The translations under genes and the position numbers were made by a program. The notes under the pieces are model-generated. The model ran no database searches and was not told where the DNA came from. It worked only from the letters and a program-made list of their open reading frames with translations. A stretch of 12,607 bases of DNA from a virus (lineage: Duplodnaviria; Heunggongvirae; Uroviricota; Caudoviricetes), in IMG/VR virus record IMGVR_UViG_2695420412_000012; one strand, written 5' to 3'. Each line of letters starts with the position of its first letter. The stretch's first letter is position 1. This document shows, piece by piece, positions 7,598 to 12,607 of this stretch.

Positions 7598-7626
7598 GGA
7601 AAAAACAAAACCCGCCGAAGCGGGTT
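7598..7626 (-). terminator. Rho-independent terminator downstream of hok (aacccgc-cgaa-gcgggtt then T-rich tract on the minus strand)
   Basis: Perfect 7-bp stem at 7609-7626. The + strand A-rich run at 7598-7610 becomes the T-run for minus transcripts. Confidence 0.65.
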
Positions 7627-7694
7627 AAGTGCGGGTGCGTTGAGGATGCCTGACACATCAGAGGTGGCGAGGGATTTCTCCCCCGCCAGGTCTC

Positions 7695-7850
7695 TTACTC
7701 CTCAGGTTCGTAAGCTGTGAAGACAGCGACCTCCGTCTGGCCGGTTCGGATTCGTACCTCGCAGAGGTCTTTCCTCGTTACCAGTGCCGTCACTATGACG
7801 GTTAAACAGATGACGATCAGGGCGATTAACATCGCCTTTTGCTGCTTCAT
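7695..7850 (-). CDS. hok: Hok-family membrane toxin (51 aa, HokD/RelF-like)
   Basis: MKQQKAMLIALIVICLTVIVTALVTRKDLCEVRIRTGQTEVAVFTAYEPEE shows the Hok signature (TM helix, TRKxLCE, EVAxFxAYE). AAGGAG lies 9 nt upstream. An in-frame upstream ATG at 7905-7907 would give a 70-codon mok-like extension. Confidence 0.9.
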   Translation of the reverse strand: MKQQKAMLIALIVICLTVIVTALVTRKDLCEVRIRTGQTEVAVFTAYEPEE

Positions 7851-8109
7851 AGCCTGCTTCTCCTTGCCTTTCGGCACGTAAGAGGCTAACCTAGATTTGC
7901 CGTTCATAGATTGAGCCTCAGATTAATGTTAAGCGTCTTGCAGGACGCGTAATGTTAACTGGGGCTTTTCTCTATCTGCCTTTTGGTGTTCATGCCTGAG
8001 ACAGATAGCCTCAAGCACCCGCAGTCATTCTACTTAACTAAGATTTCCCCGCAAACCGTTTTTGTCCGGCACAGTAAATATCCAACTAAACCAATGGCGT
8101 TCGCTGTAT

Positions 8110-8289
8110 TTACCGCCAGTATTCAATGCACATGACCGCCATGAACACCCCTAAAAAAAGGGCATTTATATATCCAAATATTAATATCAAAACATCAACT
8201 TTTTCCATATACCTTGCTGTGAAGATGATGGGCATACATGATACGAACAACCAGAACGCAACAAACAAAAACTGCAATGCGTTTTTCAT
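8110..8289 (-). CDS. Small membrane protein (59 aa, two predicted TM segments) in an AT-rich island
   Basis: ATG at 8287-8289 preceded by AGGAGG 4 nt upstream. Sequence MKNALQFLFVAFWLFVSCMPIIFTARYMEKVDVLILIFGYINALFLGVFMAVMCIEYWR. The surrounding 8100-8420 is markedly AT-rich. Confidence 0.5.
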   Translation of the reverse strand: MKNALQFLFVAFWLFVSCMPIIFTARYMEKVDVLILIFGYINALFLGVFMAVMCIEYWR

Positions 8290-8459
8290 TATTCCTCCTA
8301 CAATCAATGTGCAATTACATTTAAACACACCTCAATTTGGCCGGACATATAAATATCTAAACCAGAAAAAATCACTTACATAGCGTTACAAACTCTTTAG
8401 TCTAAATATTCATCGTAAAACATTCCCCATACTTATCAGCCCGTTCTGCGCCAGGTAGC

Positions 8460-8776
8460 TCATTGCCTTATCTGGGAATCTGTAATCAGGTTTCCGGATG
8501 CTGGTGGATTTTCGCGTTTTAGTTGTTCATAAAAGTGCACAGCTTTAACCAGTTCTTCTGATGTAACCGGGACTGGCGGGGCAGTGAATAAGGCCTGAAT
8601 TTCATAGTTCGGCCTGTCGTTACAATCCTCTTTTTTCGGTACATATTTCCAGTCACCAGACCACTACTTCCCCTGAAAGTCCGTAACGCCTTTTTTTTCA
8701 CGTAGCGATATCGCCATGCCACTGTTTTTGCTTGCCCCGCCGTTTCATGCCCTTCCTGATAATTAACCTCGCTCAT
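8460..8776 (-). pseudogene. Apparently frameshifted gene (about 110 aa if repaired) with the shift at a T6 homopolymer (8631-8636)
   Basis: Frame 1 gives MSEVNYQEGHETAGQAKTVAWRYRYVKKKALRTFRGSSGLVTGN then low-complexity sequence. The alternative frame after the A6/T6 run gives a protein-like tail ...EDCNDRPNYEIQALFTAPPVPVTSEELVKAVHFYEQLKRENPPASGNLITDSQIRQ* ending at 8460. Confidence 0.3.
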
Positions 8777-8949
8777 TCATCGCCCCACTCATCACAATAT
8801 GCTTCGACCGGAGTTTTTCCTGCTTCATAATCATCACGCCATGCTTCAGCATCAGCAGCACTGCCACCACGTAACTCTGCATAGTCCATTAACAGTTCAT
8901 GCCATTCTTCAAAACTGACGTTGTATTTAGTTGAACCAAAATCAGCCAT
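8773..8949 (-). CDS. Small acidic protein (58 aa, MADFGSTKYNVSFEEWHELLMDYAELRGGSAADAEAWRDDYEAGKTPVEAYCDEWGDE)
   Basis: Hand-translated. Its ATG overlaps the stop of the upstream acidic ORF (ATGGCTGA), suggesting translational coupling. Confidence 0.45.
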   Translation of the reverse strand: MADFGSTKYNVSFEEWHELLMDYAELRGGSAADAEAWRDDYEAGKTPVEAYCDEWGDE

Positions 8950-9124
8950 TTTGTTCTTCCTCTTCGTCTTTTATTTCGTGATATGAGTAATTGCAGTAGT
9001 TAAAGAAAATATCTTTTGCTTCGTCATGTATTTCATCAGGCGTCGCATCATCATCCACTTCGAATTCATCCTCGAAATCTCCACCGGCTATTCCCGTTTC
9101 AATAATTATTTTAAACTTTCGCAT
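8942..9124 (-). CDS. Small highly acidic protein (60 aa, ...GGDFEDEFEVDDDATPDEIHDEAKD...EIKDEEEEQNG)
   Basis: ATG at 9122-9124. An AGGAGG on the minus strand is separated from the ATG by the perfect hairpin ccgccc-tttc-gggcgg (9132-9147). Confidence 0.5.
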   Translation of the reverse strand: MRKFKIIIETGIAGGDFEDEFEVDDDATPDEIHDEAKDIFFNYCNYSYHEIKDEEEEQNG

Positions 9125-9217
9125 TTAACTACCGCCCTTTCGGGCGGCCTCCTGATGTTCTGAGGGTGCAGAAATCCCTCCGGTTAAGGATTAAATTTTT
9201 AACAGAGCTAAATTTAA

Positions 9218-9574
9218 TTATTCAGTTCTGGATTTTGTCGCCCTGCGTATCCGCGCTTTCGCGTTACGCTCAATCTGAATTAGCTTTTCTATATTTTTTC
9301 GCCTTTCCCGCTCCTCCTGACGCAAGAGCCTTACATCATCTGCCAGTCTGGTTTCTCTTTTCGCCACAGAGAACATCCAGTCAAATGGCTCCACAACTGC
9401 ACCGCAGATTTTACAGCGGACCTGACGCTCTTTTTCGTCAACCCGGACAGAGGCGTGATGACAATATGGTCTTTCCGATGGCTCATAAAGAAAATTAACC
9501 TGATTACGAGGGTCATCCTCTTTTACCGGAAATAAAACGATATTGCTTAACTCATCCTCTGGTTTTATTTCCAT
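9218..9574 (-). CDS. Hypothetical 118-aa protein with a CHH...CxxC zinc-ribbon-like motif and a basic C-terminal tail
   Basis: Start chosen at the ATG at 9572-9574, which has AAGGAGAGGAGC directly upstream. The track ORF starts at a GTG at 9631 with a poorly spaced SD. Confidence 0.6.
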   Translation of the reverse strand: MEIKPEDELSNIVLFPVKEDDPRNQVNFLYEPSERPYCHHASVRVDEKERQVRCKICGAVVEPFDWMFSVAKRETRLADDVRLLRQEERERRKNIEKLIQIERNAKARIRRATKSRTE

Positions 9575-9631
9575 GCTCCTCTCCTTTGATGCGAATGCCA
9601 GCGGTAATTGAAGCCTGATAGCTAATTTCAC

Positions 9632-10054
9632 TCACAGTACCGCCTCCTGAAAATTACCCTGATAGAAAGCCAGTACACGCTGCATAGCTTCACTCTTCCG
9701 GCACTCGCGACAGATTATGTTTAGGCGACTGTCGTAGCGACGTATTTCTCCGTCAGGTAACGACCAGATAAGGTCCGGATCAACCACAACCGGTTTCTTC
9801 AGCTTTGCCCTCGATAATTTTTTGCGGGCATTTTGCCAGTCTTTACGAGCCTGTTCAGACGGGAATAACCCGTAGCCAGAATTGTATACATCGCCACTGG
9901 CAACCAGCTCTCTGGCCAGAACGCTCATCAGATATCTTGTTACCCCAGTTTTAGTTTCCAGTTGTCGTAACGTCTCGCGCCCACTCTGGCGTACGAGTTC
10001 AACAACCTGTCCTTTAATTTTTTCCCGCTCTTCTTGTGTAAAAACTTTTGCCAC
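9632..10054 (-). CDS. Hypothetical 140-aa protein, possibly HTH-containing
   Basis: GTG at 10052-10054 with AGGAGG 4 nt upstream. Protein-like composition; possible HTH around TLRQLETKTGVTRYLMSVLAREL. Confidence 0.6.
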   Translation of the reverse strand: MAKVFTQEEREKIKGQVVELVRQSGRETLRQLETKTGVTRYLMSVLARELVASGDVYNSGYGLFPSEQARKDWQNARKKLSRAKLKKPVVVDPDLIWSLPDGEIRRYDSRLNIICRECRKSEAMQRVLAFYQGNFQEAVL

Positions 10055-10094
10055 AAGCCCTCCTGAAAATTACCTCATGACCAGAAATTAACAC

Positions 10095-11165
10095 TTACCC
10101 CCTGAAGCCCGGCGGAATTTCGTTATCCGGTTCAGAAATATGATTCACACAACGCTGGTTGTTCGTGCCGCTTACCGGGAGCAACCAGGGGTTCTCAAAA
10201 TTCCGGTCCGGTCCAAAAAACGTCGTCGCTCGCTGAACAAATTCCGTTCCCGTTTTCCCGGTAGCCGCCAAGTATCTTGCGTAACGCCTCACGCCATCCA
10301 GCATGGCCTCTGGTGGCACCCCCTCGCGTAATCTGGCCTTCCATGCACTGAAAGCGGATTTCTTCGGGTTTGCTCCGGCACGCAACGGGTACTCCCGCCA
10401 GACCTGTTCGAACACATCCGGATAATCCACTCGTCCCACAGACAGCCCGGTGTTTTCCGGGACTACCCGATCGGCTTCCCGCTGAATGGCGGAATCGGCT
10501 TCGGGCTGCTGCAGTTGGTGTGATTGCTCCAGCCTTGCGGTCATCACCTGCTGCACAGCGCCCGAATCGGCTTTCAGCGCATACGCTGAATCGGCTTCCG
10601 GTGTCGTGCCTGCTGGCTGACCAGGATTGACGGTCTGAACATCCCCTGCCTGGTTCGTGGCGTTTTTTACGCCATGGACCATAGTGTTTTGATCTTCTTG
10701 ATCTGTATCTTTATCTGTATCTTTATCTGTCGTGACTCGTCGTGACATGTGCGTGACATTTCGTGACGCGCCGTGACAATCGCCATTTTGTTCCCGCTTT
10801 CTTTCCCTCTCTCGCTGCGCCCTCTTGCGCTCTGCAGGAGATTTTGCGGTTTGCGAAATATTGCCGTTGTCCTCTTTAAGCACCTGGCGTTTTTCCCATC
10901 CAGTGATTAAATCACCATCAAGTACCCGCCCCTGCATCGTCTGCAAAATTGAATCAATTACCTCTTCTGTCACGTCGAGCGCACTTGCCAAATCTTCTGT
11001 CGTGACATCAATGTGACCTCGCGTGACATTTCGTGACGCGCTCACCAGGAGGTGGATATACACTGCCATCACTGTTGCAATTGGCTGCCCTGACACCCTG
11101 GCAATTGTTCGCCACTTAGGGTCATTTGGCATGTCATGCCATAATCTGAGCCAGGCGTTAGCCAT
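10095..11165 (-). CDS. Replication initiation / replisome-organizer protein (lambda O / Rac YdaU-like, about 356 aa) containing the origin iterons
   Basis: ATG at 11163-11165 with GAGGTGA upstream. N-terminus NAWLRLWHDMPNDPKWRTIAR... resembles replisome-organizer N-domains. Two iteron clusters lie inside the gene, as ori lies inside lambda O. Confidence 0.75.
   Translation of the reverse strand: MANAWLRLWHDMPNDPKWRTIARVSGQPIATVMAVYIHLLVSASRNVTRGHIDVTTEDLASALDVTEEVIDSILQTMQGRVLDGDLITGWEKRQVLKEDNGNISQTAKSPAERKRAQRERERKREQNGDCHGASRNVTHMSRRVTTDKDTDKDTDQEDQNTMVHGVKNATNQAGDVQTVNPGQPAGTTPEADSAYALKADSGAVQQVMTARLEQSHQLQQPEADSAIQREADRVVPENTGLSVGRVDYPDVFEQVWREYPLRAGANPKKSAFSAWKARLREGVPPEAMLDGVRRYARYLAATGKTGTEFVQRATTFFGPDRNFENPWLLPVSGTNNQRCVNHISEPDNEIPPGFRG
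10701..10777. repeat. Iteron cluster 1: 12-bp tandem repeat (atctgtatcttt, 2.5 copies) then five CGTGAC motifs spaced about 10 bp apart
   Basis: CGTGAC at about 10732, 10741, 10752, 10762 and 10772. The repeats translate as ...RRVTTDKDTDKDTDQ... in the linker of the replication protein. Confidence 0.65.
10999..11040. repeat. Iteron cluster 2: four (C/T)GTGAC motifs spaced about 10 bp apart
   Basis: cgtgac / tgtgac / cgtgac / cgtgac. The 21-mer gcgtgacatttcgtgacgcgc is shared exactly with cluster 1. Confidence 0.6.
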
Positions 11166-11236
11166 ACTCACCTCTTCTGATACCGAATCTTTTTACTCAC
11201 GAGTTGCCGGAAGCGATTCGATATGGCTATTGTCAG

Positions 11237-11662
11237 TCAATGTACTGCCACAGCATTTCCTGCCGGGCCACCACGGTTCATCTGATTGAAACCGGCGATT
11301 GCCACTGCGACAAAATCATCAGCGTCTCTCACCAGTCGCTCCCGCGTCTCCACCAGCTCCCGAAAATAAGCTGAACTGTGGCTGCGCATTCTGGCCACCA
11401 GCAAAGGTGGCATTGCCTTTTCGATCGCTGGTAACAACGCCTGAATTTTTTCAACTGCATCAGGGGTGTCTTTCTCTACCCAGCGGAAAATTTTCTGGGT
11501 ATTGCGAGCCAGGGCTTCCGGATGGCTGTCGTCATACAGTTCTGGGAACGTCATACCCAGTTCAAAATAAGCCCTGGTTATTTCAGCTGCCGGAACTTTT
11601 TCACCGTCCGGATGCGCCCAGGCATTCATCGCCATGCGGATGTGTTCATGCTTGATTTTCAT
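11237..11662 (-). CDS. YdaT-like 141-aa protein (Rac-type early gene)
   Basis: ATG at 11660-11662 with AGGAG 8 nt upstream. Overlaps the Cro-like gene by 17 nt. Same size and position as Rac YdaT, directly after the Cro-like gene. Confidence 0.65.
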   Translation of the reverse strand: MKIKHEHIRMAMNAWAHPDGEKVPAAEITRAYFELGMTFPELYDDSHPEALARNTQKIFRWVEKDTPDAVEKIQALLPAIEKAMPPLLVARMRSHSSAYFRELVETRERLVRDADDFVAVAIAGFNQMNRGGPAGNAVAVH

Positions 11663-11927
11663 GAATCAAGCTCCTAGAAAGTGGTTGTGTTAACGTTTTG
11701 GTATCTTCCAGCTCGGGCCAAATATTCATCCAATCAAAAGGCCTTAGTTGCTGACGTGTAACTTCACCATTACTGGCTCGCTCAATAAGGACGCATAACG
11801 ATGCCCCTAACACTTGACCTTTACTCAATGCCTTTCTTAGATAACCGATGCTGGTACCACACTCGCATGCAAACATACGCTGTTCATCTGACGAAAGAGA
11901 ATTGAGAAATATTCTTAATTCTTCCAT
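11646..11927 (-). CDS. Cro/YdaS-like HTH regulator (93 aa)
   Basis: ATG at 11925-11927 with AAGGAG 5 nt upstream. HTH-like segment CGTSIGYLRKALSKGQ. Divergent from the repressor gene across the operator region. Confidence 0.7.
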   Translation of the reverse strand: MEELRIFLNSLSSDEQRMFACECGTSIGYLRKALSKGQVLGASLCVLIERASNGEVTRQQLRPFDWMNIWPELEDTKTLTQPLSRSLIHENQA

Positions 11928-11954
11928 AGCTACTCCTTAGTAAACACAGTAAAG

Positions 11955-11991
11955 AATACCCACAGGTAAACAAAAGTCAATACCCACAGGT
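11955..11991. promoter_or_regulatory. Operator-like direct repeats (aatacccacaggt twice, centres 24 bp apart) in the divergent repressor/cro intergenic region
   Basis: Exact 13-mers at 11955-11967 and 11979-11991. An inverted repeat aggtaaacaa / ttgtttacct flanks the second copy. Confidence 0.6.
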
Positions 11992-12027
11992 TGTTTACCT
12001 TGCGGTAATCGCATCTATTATTTACCT

Positions 12028-12447
12028 ATGGACAAATATGAATTTAGACGACAGCAACTCATCAAAATTCGTGATGAGAAATGCGATGGTAAAGCGGTTA
12101 ACGTGGCCAGAAAGATCGGGCGCGAGCCTTCTTATGTATCAAGAATGTTGTACCCAGAGGGGAAAAAGGGAAAAAAACGGATCGCTGATGATATGGTGGA
12201 GATTATCGAAGAGTCCTTTGGGTTACCCCGGGGATGGATGGATGGTATCGTTTCATCATCAACGAACACAGCCTCCAGTTATGAAACAAGGGTTCTAACG
12301 CCACGACAACGTATTTTTTTAGATCTCTTAGACGAACTGCCAGAAAGTGAAGCGGATAACTTATTAAAAACTCTTGAAGAGAAAAAACAGTATTACAATA
12401 TGATCTACGAAGAAATCCGTAAAAAGAAAGCACAAAACGCATCATAG
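12028..12447 (+). CDS. Prophage repressor-like HTH protein (139 aa, RacR/CI-position)
   Basis: ATG at 12028. HTH-like segment KAVNVARKIGREPSYVSRML. It is the only clear + strand gene and is divergent from the cro-like gene. No obvious S24 peptidase motifs. Confidence 0.7.
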   Translation: MDKYEFRRQQLIKIRDEKCDGKAVNVARKIGREPSYVSRMLYPEGKKGKKRIADDMVEIIEESFGLPRGWMDGIVSSSTNTASSYETRVLTPRQRIFLDLLDELPESEADNLLKTLEEKKQYYNMIYEEIRKKKAQNAS

Positions 12448-12483
12448 CTCACCAAACAACTAGTCACCAGTTAAGACACCGCA

Positions 12484-12520
12484 AAAAGTTACCCATGGGT
12501 ATTTACTTTTTAAATACCTA
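12484..12520. promoter_or_regulatory. Second pair of operator-like sites (acccatgggtat and acctatgggtat, 25 bp apart) downstream of the repressor gene
   Basis: Palindromic acccatgggt at 12484-12495 and a near-copy at 12509-12520. Both are related to the reverse complement of the 11955 motif (acctgtgggtat). Confidence 0.5.
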
Positions 12521-12607
12521 TGGGTATCCTTCTTTTCATACCAACCCACCCCGCCCCACAGAATGCAGGGCAATACTTCGAGTTACCAGGCAGTGGTCAG
12601 GGGTTAA

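Noticed and set aside
7851-8109. relE/relB antitoxin genes upstream of hok, as in K-12 Qin relBEF
   Set aside because: No ORF resembling RelE or RelB is present; the region is a ~200-bp leader followed by an unrelated small membrane protein gene.
8126-8383. + strand 85-aa ORF antisense to the small membrane protein gene
   Set aside because: No SD, and the low-complexity N/K-rich translation is typical of AT-rich DNA read in a wrong frame. The minus-strand ORF has a consensus SD.
9166-9516. ORFs 9166-9498 (+) and 9331-9516 (-) overlapping the 118-aa gene
   Set aside because: Alternative frames of the same region without an SD. The 118-aa frame has a zinc-ribbon motif and a strong SD.
12038-12445. 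ORFs 12038-12298 (+) and 12203-12445 (-) overlapping the repressor gene
   Set aside because: Out-of-frame or antisense overlaps with the HTH-containing repressor ORF.

Overview
The window is the early-right arm of a lambdoid (Rac/Qin-like) prophage from an enterobacterial genome, of E. coli/Shigella type, with almost all genes on the minus strand. Reading right to left: a divergent repressor (+) and Cro-like gene flanked by operator-like repeats; a YdaT-like gene; an O/YdaU-like replication initiator with two internal iteron clusters; several small genes, including two overlapping acidic proteins and an AT-rich small membrane protein; a hok-family toxin with its terminator; then a nin-like block (small protein, 349-aa Cys/His-rich YdfU-like protein, RusA resolvase, Q antiterminator) ending in a lambda-type pR'/pause/tR' late control region. 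The most unusual feature is that the nin-Q block occurs three times in tandem as a mosaic: one copy ends in a Q fragment joined to a 171-bp IS1 remnant, and another carries an in-frame Q(N-term)::YdfU(C-term) fusion ORF. Downstream of pR' there are no lysis genes, only a degraded TerB-like gene and a small hydrophobic ORF, followed by stacked terminators. All family assignments are from reading the translations by eye; no database searches were run.
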